Of a DNA stretch of 64,000 bases, positions 1-9,131 are shown one piece after another. The notes under the pieces were generated by a model that was not told the origin of the DNA, made no database searches, and saw only the letters and a program-made list of their open reading frames with translations. The stretch lies in assembly GCA_035689485.1 (NCBI GenBank), contig DASSLL010000067.1:4472-68471 (forward strand), given 5' to 3'. This DNA comes from Candidatus Dormiibacterota bacterium (GTDB taxonomy: Bacteria; Chloroflexota; Dormibacteria; Dormibacterales; Dormibacteraceae). The position numbers and the translations under genes were made by a program. Every line of letters begins with the position of its first letter. The stretch's first letter is position 1.

Positions 1-266
1 CGAATCGCGACCTCGGCGAAGTCGCGGAGCCGGCCGCTGTCCGCGTCGACGAGCAGGAGACGCCGGCCGACGAACGGCGTGATGTCGGGCACGTCTTCGG
101 GCAGCCCGACGACGGCGACCGACCGGCAGTCCTCGCGCGACGCCACGTGCTGCAGCGCGGCGTCGAGGTCGCGACCGCGCACGACCATCGAGTGCGGCCC
201 TTCCGGTTCGCGATAAGTGCGGCCGCGCACCGGCAGGTCGAGGTCCCCCATCACGAACACGGACAT
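1..266 (-). CDS. hypothetical protein, N-terminal fragment (gene runs off left edge)
   Basis: Manual reverse-strand translation from ATG 266..264 gives MSVFVMGDLDLPVRGRTYREPEGPHSMVVRGRDLDAALQHV... It is open to position 1 with G/C-rich third positions. Absent from the ORF track because it is truncated. No family recognised. Confidence 0.4.
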   Translation of the reverse strand, partial: MSVFVMGDLDLPVRGRTYREPEGPHSMVVRGRDLDAALQHVASREDCRSVAVVGLPEDVPDITPFVGRRLLLVDADSGRLRDFAEVAI

Positions 267-311
267 AGGCGGCTCAGCATGCCAGATGGGACCCGTCTTA
301 CTCTCTCTTGA

Positions 312-1172
312 GTGCCCGTTCTTGGCGCCCATGTCGATTCCTCCGGGGGGCTTCACCTCGCCTTCGAGCGCGCCAAGGCGATGGGGGCGGATGCCATACA
401 GGTCCACCCTACGCCGCCGGGCTTCTGGGGATCTCCGAAGCTCGACGAGGGGCGGATCGCCGCCTTCAAGGACGCGGCGGCCAGGCACGGCCATCCGCCG
501 TTTTACTTTCACGCCGTCTACCTGATCAACCTGGCGGGCGACGACACGACGCTGCGCCAGCGCTCGGAGAGCACGCTGGCCGGATATCTGAAGGCGGCCG
601 ACGACCTCGGCGTCCACGGCGTGATCTTCCACACCGGCTCGCACAAGGGCGCCGGCTTCGAGGCGCGACTGCCCTCGATCACCGAGCACATGCGCCACGT
701 GCTCGAGCGGGCGGACCCAAAATCCGCGCGCCTGCTCATCGAGAACAACGCGGGTCTCGGCGGCTGCGTCGGGGCGAAATTCGAAGAGATCCGGCGGATG
801 CTGGACGCGCTCGACAACGATCCGCGCGTGGCGGTTTGCTTCGATACGTGCCACGCCTTCGCCTCGGGATACGACGAGCGCTCGCAGGCCGAGGTGAAGA
901 AGACGATCGACGAGCTCGACCGTGTAATCGGCATGGATCGCGTGCTCGTCATCCACGCCAACGACTCGGTCACGGGCCTCGGGTCAAACCGCGATCGGCA
1001 TGCAAACATCGGGACCGGGCTGATCGGAGAGGAGGGCTTTCGGGCCTTGCTGCGCGAGCCGCGGTTGGCGAAGCTGCCTTTCATCCTCGAGGTGCCGGGC
1101 GCCGGTGGCGGCCCGGACGCGGAGCAGGTGGCGATTTTGCGGAGACTCGCGGGTCAGGAGGTCAGGCGATGA
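312..1172 (+). CDS. nfo: deoxyribonuclease IV (endonuclease IV)
   Basis: 286-aa ORF with HAVYLINLA, FHTGSH, ENNAG, CFDTCHAFASGYD, IHANDS and DRHANIG motifs typical of endonuclease IV. Confidence 0.9.
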   Translation: MPVLGAHVDSSGGLHLAFERAKAMGADAIQVHPTPPGFWGSPKLDEGRIAAFKDAAARHGHPPFYFHAVYLINLAGDDTTLRQRSESTLAGYLKAADDLGVHGVIFHTGSHKGAGFEARLPSITEHMRHVLERADPKSARLLIENNAGLGGCVGAKFEEIRRMLDALDNDPRVAVCFDTCHAFASGYDERSQAEVKKTIDELDRVIGMDRVLVIHANDSVTGLGSNRDRHANIGTGLIGEEGFRALLREPRLAKLPFILEVPGAGGGPDAEQVAILRRLAGQEVRR

Positions 1173-1495
1173 AGATTCTCGACCAGGTCAAAGAGGTCGT
1201 CGGCGGTGCGGCCGTGTTCGGCCAGCCGTACGAGAAGAACGGGTTGACGGTGATCCCCGCGGCCACCGTGATGGGCGGCGGCGGGGGCGGCGAGCAGGGC
1301 GAAGCCGCCGCCGCGGCCGGAGGTGGCGCCGGGGTCATGGCCAGGCCCGCCGGCGCCTTCGTCGTCAAGGGCGACGAGGTCACCTGGGTCCCGGCCATCG
1401 ACGTGACCCGGACGATACTGCTCGGCCAGGTGGTGGGCATCATCGCCCTGCTCAGCCTGCGGTCGATCATCAGGACCCTCGCCAGGCGGCGCTAG
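1169..1495 (+). CDS. GerW/YtfJ-family protein with C-terminal hydrophobic helix
   Basis: ATG 1169 overlaps the nfo stop (ATGA). The sequence FGQPYEKNGLTVIPAA, a Gly-rich loop, then PAGAFVVKGDEVTWVPAID fits the YtfJ/GerW pattern. It is the last 108 codons of track ORF 308..1495. Confidence 0.75.
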   Translation: MKILDQVKEVVGGAAVFGQPYEKNGLTVIPAATVMGGGGGGEQGEAAAAAGGGAGVMARPAGAFVVKGDEVTWVPAIDVTRTILLGQVVGIIALLSLRSIIRTLARRR

Positions 1496-1683
1496 GCGAT
1501 TCGACGTCGCGGAGCGCGGCGGGCGGCGAGCCCGGCGAGCAGCCACGCACGCTCACCGAGCAGCTGGGCCGAACGCCAGATCATGGGCATCAGGCGTGGC
1601 TCGACGAGCCGGCTGTTCTCCACCTCCAGCTGGATGTCCTTCAGCCGCTCCCACATCACGTCTTCGTTCATGTATGAGCCCAT
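1492..1683 (-). CDS. small hypothetical protein (63 aa)
   Basis: Track ORF. AGGAGG lies 5 nt upstream of ATG 1683. No family recognised. Confidence 0.5.
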   Translation of the reverse strand: MGSYMNEDVMWERLKDIQLEVENSRLVEPRLMPMIWRSAQLLGERAWLLAGLAARRAPRRRIA

Positions 1684-1770
1684 CTCAACCTCCTGTAACC
1701 GGTCATAAGTCTACGTCAGTTAGTATAACCGACATGAGGCTATTTGTGGTTATGCGTAAACTTGGTGGCG

Positions 1771-2328
1771 ATGGCTGAACGGGACACGGCCCCGGGAGAC
1801 GTCGGGCTCGTCCAGGCGTTCGTCAACACGGTCGACCTTCAGGACGGCCCCGAGGAGCTCACCGACCCGGCCGCCCTTCGCCGGTGGCTCACCGCGAAAC
1901 AGCTGGCGGACGGGGCGACGCCGGTGGATGAGGCGGACCTCAAGCACGCCATCGCCCTGCGTGAAGCCATGCGTTCGGTCATCGGAGGCAACTCGGGCCT
2001 CCGGGTCTACCCCGTCGCGCTCGCGACGCTGAACGAGGCCGCCGCCGCCAGCCGGCTTCGCGTCAGGTTCGGCGCCGGCGCCGGGCCGCGGCTCGAACCG
2101 GAGGCGACAGGCGCGGTAGGCGCCATGGGCCGGCTCGTGGCCGCGTTTTACTCCGCCATGCAGAGCGAGGAGTGGGACCGGCTGAAGCTCTGCGGCTCAG
2201 ACACGTGCCGGTGGGCCTTCTACGACCGCTCCAAGAACCACTCGAGCCGCTGGTGCACCATGGCGACCTGCGGCAACCGAGCCAAAGCCCGAAGGTTCAG
2301 GCAGTCGAAGCGCGCATCGCCTTCATAG
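1771..2328 (+). CDS. CGNR zinc-finger domain protein (ABATE + zf-CGNR)
   Basis: C-terminal CRWAFYDRSKNHSSRWCTMATCGNRAKARRF motif. ATG 1771 preferred over TTG 1744. Confidence 0.85.
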   Translation: MAERDTAPGDVGLVQAFVNTVDLQDGPEELTDPAALRRWLTAKQLADGATPVDEADLKHAIALREAMRSVIGGNSGLRVYPVALATLNEAAAASRLRVRFGAGAGPRLEPEATGAVGAMGRLVAAFYSAMQSEEWDRLKLCGSDTCRWAFYDRSKNHSSRWCTMATCGNRAKARRFRQSKRASPS

Positions 2329-3262
2329 AAGATCCCGAGCCGCCAAACCGGACCGCCGTGACCTCGGCCAGGATCCCGAGCGCGGTCTCGTCGGCTCCAC
2401 GGCTGCCGAGGTCGAGCCCGATCGGCCCGTGCACACGCGCGAGCTGCTCTTCAGTGAAGCCTTCCTTGCGCAGGGCGTCGAACCGGTTCTGGTTCGTCTT
2501 GCGGCTCCCGATCGCGCCGATGTAGCCGGGCTCCTTGCCCAGCACCGACCGCAGCGCAGGCAGGTCGAACTTCGGGTCGTGCGTGAGGATGACCACGTAG
2601 GTCGCGTTGTCGACGACGAGCTTGCTCATCGCCTCGTCCGGCCACGCGACGATGAGCTCGTCCGCCTCGGGGAATCGCTCCTTCGTCGCGAACTTCTCCC
2701 GCGCGTCGATCACCGTGACGCGATACCCCATGAGCTTGGCGAGCCGGTGCAGCGGGATCGCGATGTGGATGGCGCCGATGATCACCAGGTGCGCCGGCCG
2801 GCGGAAGGGCTCGATGAAGACGTCGCCTTCGCGCCGGGCGAGCTCGGAGCCGCGCGTGCCTTCGACGAGCTCGGCCTCGCCGGTGACCAGATTCGTGCGC
2901 AGCGTCGCCGGCCGGTTGCGGTTCAGCATGTCGACCAGCTGCTTGTGGACGCGGCCCAGCGGCTGGATGAAGACCTCGATGTGGCCGCCGCACGCCAGCC
3001 CCACCTCGAAAGCCACGTCGTCGGCGACGCCGAACGCCGCGATCTTCGGCGTGCCGCTCTTGAGCACCTTCTGCGCCTCTTCGAAGACAGCGCCCTCGAT
3101 GCAGCCGTTGGACACGGAGCCGGCCATCTTGCCCGACCGTGTGACGAGCATCTTCGAGCCCAGCGGCCGCGGGCTCGAGCCCCACGTCTCGACCACCGTG
3201 GCCAGCGCGACCTCTTCGCCCTCGCGCGTCCACGAGTTCAGCTCGTCCAGGACCTCTCTCAT
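2297..3262 (-). CDS. XdhC/CoxI-family molybdenum hydroxylase maturation factor
   Basis: N-terminal ATVVETWGSSPRPLGSKM...GSVSNGCIEG and a second Rossmann-like half. Start overlaps the coxE stop (ATGA). Confidence 0.85.
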   Translation of the reverse strand: MREVLDELNSWTREGEEVALATVVETWGSSPRPLGSKMLVTRSGKMAGSVSNGCIEGAVFEEAQKVLKSGTPKIAAFGVADDVAFEVGLACGGHIEVFIQPLGRVHKQLVDMLNRNRPATLRTNLVTGEAELVEGTRGSELARREGDVFIEPFRRPAHLVIIGAIHIAIPLHRLAKLMGYRVTVIDAREKFATKERFPEADELIVAWPDEAMSKLVVDNATYVVILTHDPKFDLPALRSVLGKEPGYIGAIGSRKTNQNRFDALRKEGFTEEQLARVHGPIGLDLGSRGADETALGILAEVTAVRFGGSGSSMKAMRASTA

Positions 3263-4425
3263 CTGCGACTCCTCGAATCCAGCCCTGCCAGCAACTTACC
3301 GAGGTCTTCGAGCGCCTGCACATTGTGGGCGGCGAGGAAGTCGTCGCAGAACGGAAGCGCCGCGGCCATGCCCCGCGTGAGCGGCTCGTACCCTTCCGAC
3401 CCGAGCAGCGGGTTCAGCCAGATCAGCCGGTGCGCGGAGCGGCGCAGATGGACGAGCTCCCTGCTCAGCTGCGCCGGGTCACCACGATCCCAGCCGTCGC
3501 TGATGATGATCACGACGGCGCCGTGCCCCAGCACGCGCCGCGCCCATTTGCGGTTGAAGTCGCCGATGGCGTCGCCTATGCGCGTGCCGCCACTGAAGTC
3601 GTGTACGCCCTTGCTCACCGATTCGAGCGCGCGGTCGATGTCACGCTGCCGCAACAGGCGCGTGATCCTCGTCAGCCGCGTGGAGAAGACGAAGGCCTCG
3701 AGGTCTTCGCGGCGCGCGATGGCGTGGGCGAAGATCATGAGCAGCCGCGAGTAGCGCTCCATCGACCCGCTGACGTCGCAGATGAGCACCAGCGGCCGCC
3801 GTCGCACGCGCGGCTTCCGCCGGAACAGCCGCATCAGCTCGCCGCTGGAGCGGATCGCATGTCTCGCCGACCGGCGCAGGTCGATCCGTCCCCCGCGAGA
3901 CGGGCGGAGGCGCCGCGTCCTCCGCTCGGCGACGCGCCAGGGCGACTCGTTGAGCAGCCGCCGGACCTGCTCGGTCTCGGCCCACGTCATCTCCTCGAAG
4001 TCCTTGTGACGCAGCAGCTCCTGGGCGCTGTAGCCGCTGGACTGGGCGACGTACTCGGTGTCCGGCCGGTCGCGGTTGAGCTGCGAGCTGTTCAACCCGA
4101 GGGCATTGGCCCACGCCTGCGCCCGCTCGGGAGGGAGCGGCAGGCTCCGGCTGCGGCCGGGGATCATGCCCGCCGACGCGCGCGGGTCGGGAGGCGCCCA
4201 GAAGATGTCGAACGCCGCCTCGAAGACCGGGATGTCCTCCTTGCGGCTGACGAACACCGCCCGCAGCGCGTTCCGGAAGTCATCCTGCCTTTTCAGGTCG
4301 ACGAAGGCGAGCGCCCGGGCCGCGTCGGTCAGCCGCCGCGGCCCGGCCTCGAGGCCCGCGTCATGGAGCAGGCGGGCGAACGCGCCCAGGCGCGGGAGGA
4401 GGTCGACCGCTTGTGCGTCACGCAC
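3259..4425 (-). CDS. coxE: VWA-domain CoxE-like accessory protein
   Basis: MIDAS-like LICDVSGSM followed by a VWA fold pattern. GTG 4425 chosen because it overlaps the coxD stop (GTGCGTGA). The upstream part of the track ORF is Arg/Trp-rich shadow sequence. Confidence 0.85.
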   Translation of the reverse strand: MRDAQAVDLLPRLGAFARLLHDAGLEAGPRRLTDAARALAFVDLKRQDDFRNALRAVFVSRKEDIPVFEAAFDIFWAPPDPRASAGMIPGRSRSLPLPPERAQAWANALGLNSSQLNRDRPDTEYVAQSSGYSAQELLRHKDFEEMTWAETEQVRRLLNESPWRVAERRTRRLRPSRGGRIDLRRSARHAIRSSGELMRLFRRKPRVRRRPLVLICDVSGSMERYSRLLMIFAHAIARREDLEAFVFSTRLTRITRLLRQRDIDRALESVSKGVHDFSGGTRIGDAIGDFNRKWARRVLGHGAVVIIISDGWDRGDPAQLSRELVHLRRSAHRLIWLNPLLGSEGYEPLTRGMAAALPFCDDFLAAHNVQALEDLGKLLAGLDSRSRR

Positions 4426-5305
4426 GCTGCGCTTTCTCGACCAGCGCGGGCACCTGCTCGCGCACCCGTTCCAGGTCTTCCTGGTACTTGAGCGCGGCCC
4501 CCATGGTGGCGCTGACGAGCGTGGCGTCGATGCGGGTGGCGCCGAGAGCCGCGAGCGACCTCGCCCAGTCCAGCGTCTCCGCCACCCCCGGCACCTTGTA
4601 CAGGTCCATGCCGCGCAGGCCCTGGACCAGAGCCGCGACCTCACGGGCCAGGCCGTCCGCGGCTTCGGGCGCCCGCGCGCGGACGATCTCGACCTCCTTG
4701 TCGAGGTCCGGGTAATCGATCCAGTGGTAGAGACAGCGACGCTTCAGCGCGTCGTGGACCTCGCGCGTGCGGTTCGACGTGATGACGACGAACGGCACTT
4801 TCTTCGCCTTGATCGTCCCGATCTCGGGAATCGAGACCTGGAAGTCCGAGAGCAGCTCGAGGAGGAACGCCTCGAATTCCTCGTCCGAGCGGTCGATCTC
4901 GTCGATGAGCAGCACGGGCGGGGTCGGGTCGTCGTTGTCGATGGCGTCCAGCAGCGGACGCCGGAGCAGGAACTCGCTGCTGAAGATCTCCCTCTCGGCG
5001 ACGCGCCGGTCTTCGCCCTCCCCCATCAGCCGGATGTGCAGCAGCTGGCGGGGGTAGTTCCATTCGTACACGGCGTGGGCGAGGTCGATGCCCTCGTAGC
5101 ACTGCAGACGGATCAGGCGCGCGCCCAGGACGTCGGCCATCACCTTCGCGGCCTCCGTCTTGCCCACCCCCGCCTCGCCTTCGATGAACAGCGGCTTCTC
5201 GAGCTGGAGGGAAAGGAAGATCGACGTCGCCAGCGCGCGGTCGCCGATGTAGCGCCGCTCGCGCAGGCGCCGCTCGACGTCCTCGATGGTCGCGGGAGCG
5301 GTCAC
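4418..5305 (-). CDS. coxD: MoxR-type AAA+ ATPase CoxD-like
   Basis: Walker A GEAGVGKT, LLIDEIDR. Start set at GTG 5305 because the alternative GTG 5350 lies inside a perfect 12-bp hairpin. The start is uncertain. Confidence 0.85.
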   Translation of the reverse strand: MTAPATIEDVERRLRERRYIGDRALATSIFLSLQLEKPLFIEGEAGVGKTEAAKVMADVLGARLIRLQCYEGIDLAHAVYEWNYPRQLLHIRLMGEGEDRRVAEREIFSSEFLLRRPLLDAIDNDDPTPPVLLIDEIDRSDEEFEAFLLELLSDFQVSIPEIGTIKAKKVPFVVITSNRTREVHDALKRRCLYHWIDYPDLDKEVEIVRARAPEAADGLAREVAALVQGLRGMDLYKVPGVAETLDWARSLAALGATRIDATLVSATMGAALKYQEDLERVREQVPALVEKAQRA

Positions 5306-5323
5306 GTTGGGAAAGAGTACGAG

Positions 5324-5351
5324 GGTGGCCCGGCCGGAAGGCCGGGCCACC
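5324..5351 (-). promoter_or_regulatory. intercistronic stem-loop between coxM and coxD
   Basis: GGTGGCCCGGCC-GGAA-GGCCGGGCCACC: perfect 12-bp stem with a tetraloop, 9 nt after the coxM stop. Confidence 0.6.
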
Positions 5352-5360
5352 GGTTCGTGT

Positions 5361-6170
5361 CTATGACTCGGCTTGCTGAACCGCGCGCTTGGTCAGCACG
5401 CGGGCTAGATGCTTTTTGTACTCGGGGCTCGCGCGCAGGTCGCCCGACGGGTCGAGACCGTCGGACGCGTGCTGCGCCGCCTCCTCCGGCTTGGCGCCCT
5501 TCTTGAGCGCCTCCTCCACCGCGGTGGCGCGCACCGGGGTGGTGCTGACGTTGGTGAGGCCGATGCGCCAGTCGCCGTTGATCTTCTGCGCCGCCACGCC
5601 GACGATCGCCCAGTCGAACAGGCGCCGGCGAAACTTGATGTACTTGTGCGGCCCGTTGGCCACCGGGAACACGACCTCGGTGATGACCTCGTCCGGCCCT
5701 AGCGCGGTCGTGAAGAGGTCCTTGAAGAACTCGCGTGCGCGGATCGTGCGCTGGTTGGTCACGACTTCGGCGTCGAGCATGAGCGCCAGCGTCGGATAGT
5801 CGCCCGCGGCATCCGCGTGCGCGATGACGCCGCCCATCGTGCCCATGTTGCGCACCTGGTTGTCGCCGACCTCGCCCGCCACCTCGGCGAGGATGGGCAG
5901 CTTGTCTTTGACGACGGACGAGTTCTGGATCGTCACGTGGCGGGTCAGCGCGCCGACGTGCAGCTTGCCTCCGCGTTCCGTGATGTGGTCGAGCTCTTTG
6001 ATGCCGTTGATGTCGACGAGCGCCGTGGGCTGCGCAAGCCGCAGCCGCATCAGCGGGATCAGGCTGTGTCCCCCGGCGAGGACCTTGGCGTCTTCGCCGT
6101 ACTTCCCGAGGAGCTTTGACGCCTCCTCCACGGAGGAGGCCCGGGCGTATTCGAATGCGGCGGGAATCAC
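5361..6170 (-). CDS. coxM: molybdenum hydroxylase FAD-binding medium subunit (CoxM-like)
   Basis: VIPAAFEY..., LAGGHSLIPLMRLR. GTG 6170 overlaps the coxL stop (GTGA). Confidence 0.9.
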   Translation of the reverse strand: MIPAAFEYARASSVEEASKLLGKYGEDAKVLAGGHSLIPLMRLRLAQPTALVDINGIKELDHITERGGKLHVGALTRHVTIQNSSVVKDKLPILAEVAGEVGDNQVRNMGTMGGVIAHADAAGDYPTLALMLDAEVVTNQRTIRAREFFKDLFTTALGPDEVITEVVFPVANGPHKYIKFRRRLFDWAIVGVAAQKINGDWRIGLTNVSTTPVRATAVEEALKKGAKPEEAAQHASDGLDPSGDLRASPEYKKHLARVLTKRAVQQAES

Positions 6171-8518
6171 TTGCGTGCCTCCTGTATCTGCTTCCAAAGT
6201 CGATCGGGACTGGCCGGCATGTCCACGTGCTTGATGCCAAAGGGACTGAGGGCGTCGACAATCGAGTTGATCACCGCCGCACTCGCAGCGATGGTGCCGG
6301 CCTCTCCGACACCCTTCACGCCCAGGTCGTTGGTCGGGGAAGGCGTCACCGTGCGGTCGAGGTCCATGGACGGGATCTCGCCGATTCCGGGAATGCTGTA
6401 GTCGAGCAGCGTGCCGGTCTTGAGCTGACCCGTGTCCTCGGCGTACTGAACCTCCTCAAAGAGCGCCTGGCCGATGCCCTGCGCAACGCCTCCGTGCACC
6501 TGGCCGTCGACGATCATCGGGTTGATCACGTTTCCGCAGTCATCCACGGCGACGTATTTCTGAATTTCGACGGCGCCAGTCTCCGGATCGACTTCGGTGA
6601 CGCACACATGCGCGCCAAAGGGCCAGGTGAAGTTGGGCGGGTCGAAATAGGTGACGGCTTCGAGGCCGGCCTCCATGCCTTCGGGAAGACCCGGCAGGTG
6701 GGCTGCGAAAGCGATTTCGCCCATCGTCTTGGCCTTGTCAGGACTGCCCTTGACGTGAAATCTGCCCTGGTCGAAGACGACGTCTTCTTCGGCGGCCTCG
6801 AGCGCGTGCGCCGCGATCTTCTTCGCCTTGTCGACCACCTTTTGGCAGGACTTGTAGATGGAAACGCCGCCGACCGCAAGGCTGCGGCTGCCATAGGTGC
6901 CGTAGCCGAAAGGCGTGTCGCCGGTGTCGCCATGGTGGACCTCGACGACCTCATAGGGCACACCGAGGGTGTCGGCGACGATTTGGGCAAAGGTCGTCTC
7001 GTGACCCTGGCCGTGGGAGTGAGTCCCAACCGCGACCGTGACCGATCCCGTTGGATGGACACGGACGACCGACGACTCCACCAGCGATAGGTTGCCCGAG
7101 ACGTGGGCGGTCGCCGCCGAAGGGCCGACGCCGCAAATCTCGACGTAGGTGGACCATCCGATCCCCATGTATCGACCCTTCTTGCGCAGTTCTGCCTGCC
7201 GCTTGCGGAGTTCGTCGTAACCGACGAGGCTCTTGGCCTTCTCCAGGGTCTTCGCATAAGCGCCGGAGTCGTAGACCATGCCGAGCGCGTTGGTGAACGG
7301 AAATTCGTTCTCGGCCGGGAAATTCTTGAGACGCACGTCCGCCGGGTCCATCTTCAGCTCGTGCGCCGCGAGGTCGACCGCGCGCTCGACGAGATGCGCC
7401 GCTTCTGGCCGTCCCGCTCCGCGATAAGGATCGGTCGACATCTTGTTGGTAAGGATGCCGACCGTCCGTCCGTGGACGGCCTTCCACTTGTAGCAACCGG
7501 GCGCAAGGAGAAGCGCCAGAGCCGACTGCAGCGCGCCGAAAACGCCTACGTACGCGCCGTTGTCGGAGAGGTTTGTGACTTTCAGCCCGAGCAGCGTGCC
7601 GTCCTTCTTGGCGGCGACCTCGATGTCGAAGATATGGCCGCGGCCATGCGTCGTCGCCTGTAGGTTTTCCGTACGCCCCTCGACCCACTTGACCGGCCTG
7701 CCCGACAGTTTCGATGCGGCCGCCGCCAGGTATTCCTCGGGGTATGGCCTCAACTTGCTACCAAATCCGCCTCCCACGTCCGGCGCGATGACGCGGATCT
7801 GGCTTTCCGGCACACCGAGGCCGAAACACATGAAGATCCGCACGAAGTGCGGAACTTGAGTCGACGACCACATTGTCAACTGATTCGTGAAGGGCACGAA
7901 GTTCGCGATGACGGTGCGCGGCTCCATCGAGAGCGGGAACACGCGCTGCTGAATGATTCGCTCCTTGACGACCACGTCGGCTTCTTTGAAAGCCGCTTCG
8001 ATGTCGCCGCCGGGAAACTCGACATCCCACGCGATGTTGTCCGGGCCATCGCTATGCGACTTCTGGCTGCCTTTCTGCATGGCCTTTTCGAAGTCCACTA
8101 CGACCGGGAGGGGGTCATAGTCGACCTGCACCTTTTCCGCGGCGTCGGAAGCCTGGTAGCGCTCGTCAGCAAGAACGACCGCGACAGGCTCACCGAAGTA
8201 GACGACCTCGGTCTCGGCGATCGGGAACTGGTTGGGCACGTACTTCTTGTCCGCGATCAGAGACTCGGTGACCGGGAGTCCGCCGTTGATCACGCCCTTG
8301 AAATCTCGGGCGGCGTAGATCGCCACCACGCCCGGTGACTTGCTCGCCTCTGTGATGTCGATGCTCTTGATCTTCGCGTGCGCCTGCGCGCTGCGAACGA
8401 CCGACATATAGACCATGCCGGTCTGCTGGATGTCGTCCACGTAAGTACCGTGGCCGGTCACCAGCTTTGGGTCTTCGCGGCGATGAATCTTGGCCCCGAT
8501 CATGGTTGTGACTGCCAT
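6167..8518 (-). CDS. coxL: molybdopterin-binding large subunit, form-II CoxL-like (xanthine dehydrogenase family)
   Basis: 783 aa. The active-site loop reads DPYRGAGRPE (nt 7409..7429), which is the form-II type rather than the form-I AYxCSFR. Confidence 0.9.
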   Translation of the reverse strand: MAVTTMIGAKIHRREDPKLVTGHGTYVDDIQQTGMVYMSVVRSAQAHAKIKSIDITEASKSPGVVAIYAARDFKGVINGGLPVTESLIADKKYVPNQFPIAETEVVYFGEPVAVVLADERYQASDAAEKVQVDYDPLPVVVDFEKAMQKGSQKSHSDGPDNIAWDVEFPGGDIEAAFKEADVVVKERIIQQRVFPLSMEPRTVIANFVPFTNQLTMWSSTQVPHFVRIFMCFGLGVPESQIRVIAPDVGGGFGSKLRPYPEEYLAAAASKLSGRPVKWVEGRTENLQATTHGRGHIFDIEVAAKKDGTLLGLKVTNLSDNGAYVGVFGALQSALALLLAPGCYKWKAVHGRTVGILTNKMSTDPYRGAGRPEAAHLVERAVDLAAHELKMDPADVRLKNFPAENEFPFTNALGMVYDSGAYAKTLEKAKSLVGYDELRKRQAELRKKGRYMGIGWSTYVEICGVGPSAATAHVSGNLSLVESSVVRVHPTGSVTVAVGTHSHGQGHETTFAQIVADTLGVPYEVVEVHHGDTGDTPFGYGTYGSRSLAVGGVSIYKSCQKVVDKAKKIAAHALEAAEEDVVFDQGRFHVKGSPDKAKTMGEIAFAAHLPGLPEGMEAGLEAVTYFDPPNFTWPFGAHVCVTEVDPETGAVEIQKYVAVDDCGNVINPMIVDGQVHGGVAQGIGQALFEEVQYAEDTGQLKTGTLLDYSIPGIGEIPSMDLDRTVTPSPTNDLGVKGVGEAGTIAASAAVINSIVDALSPFGIKHVDMPASPDRLWKQIQEARK

Positions 8519-8521
8519 CGC

Positions 8522-9031
8522 TTACCTCCCCGCCCGGGCGCGCTCGGCCGGCTTGGCCTCGGCTCCGCCCATCGTCCTGGCCGCGGTCTGCACGGCCTTG
8601 ACGATGTTCACGTACCCCGTGCACCGGCAGAGGTTGCCTTCGAGCCCCTTGCGGATCTCATCCTCGGTGGGGTTCGGGTTCTGCTCGAGCAGGTAGGCCG
8701 CGGCCATGATGAAGCCCGGCGTGCAGTAGCCGCACTGCAGGCCGTGCTCGTCCCAGAACGCCTGCTGGATCGGGTGCAGCTGGCCGTCTTTGGCCATGCC
8801 CTCGATCGTCGTCAGGCTCTTGCCCTCGGCCTGGACGGCGAACATCGTGCAGCTCTTCACCGCCTTGCCGTCGACCAGGATCGTGCAGGCCCCGCACTGG
8901 CTTGTGTCGCAGCCGATGTGCGTGCCGGTGAGCCCCAGGTTGTCGCGCAGGTAATGCACGAGCAGGAGGCGAGGCTCGACCTCGTGCTCGTGCCGGCGGC
9001 CGTTGACGGTTGTCGAGACCTTGTGTTTCAC
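8522..9031 (-). CDS. coxS: (2Fe-2S)-binding small subunit (CoxS-like)
   Basis: [17 protein letters not shown] and CRCTGY cysteine clusters. GGGGAGG SD lies 6 nt upstream of GTG 9031. Confidence 0.9.
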   Translation of the reverse strand: MKHKVSTTVNGRRHEHEVEPRLLLVHYLRDNLGLTGTHIGCDTSQCGACTILVDGKAVKSCTMFAVQAEGKSLTTIEGMAKDGQLHPIQQAFWDEHGLQCGYCTPGFIMAAAYLLEQNPNPTEDEIRKGLEGNLCRCTGYVNIVKAVQTAARTMGGAEAKPAERARAGR

Positions 9032-9131
9032 GTGGACCTCCCCTCTACAAAGCGCCGCTGCGGGTCGAGCGACGCGTAAAGCCGGCCAGGCGAAAGTCGT
9101 ACCCCTCTATTGCGCTACTTTTAGGCCGGAA

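Noticed and set aside
308-1495. 395-aa ORF spanning nfo in another frame
   Set aside because: It is Arg/Gly/Pro-rich shadow sequence over a strongly recognisable nfo gene. Only its last 108 codons (from ATG 1169, the GerW-family gene) look real.
2429-5506. Long plus-strand ORFs (2429..3754, 3325..4491, 4058..5506) opposite xdhC, coxE and coxD
   Set aside because: These are typical high-GC antisense shadow ORFs. They have Arg/Ala/Pro-rich low-complexity translations, and the minus-strand genes have clear family motifs.
7409-7429. Calling the cluster a bona fide (form I) aerobic CO dehydrogenase
   Set aside because: The active-site loop is PYRGAGR rather than AYxCSFR, and the gene order is S-L-M. 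Only a form-II-like call is justified.
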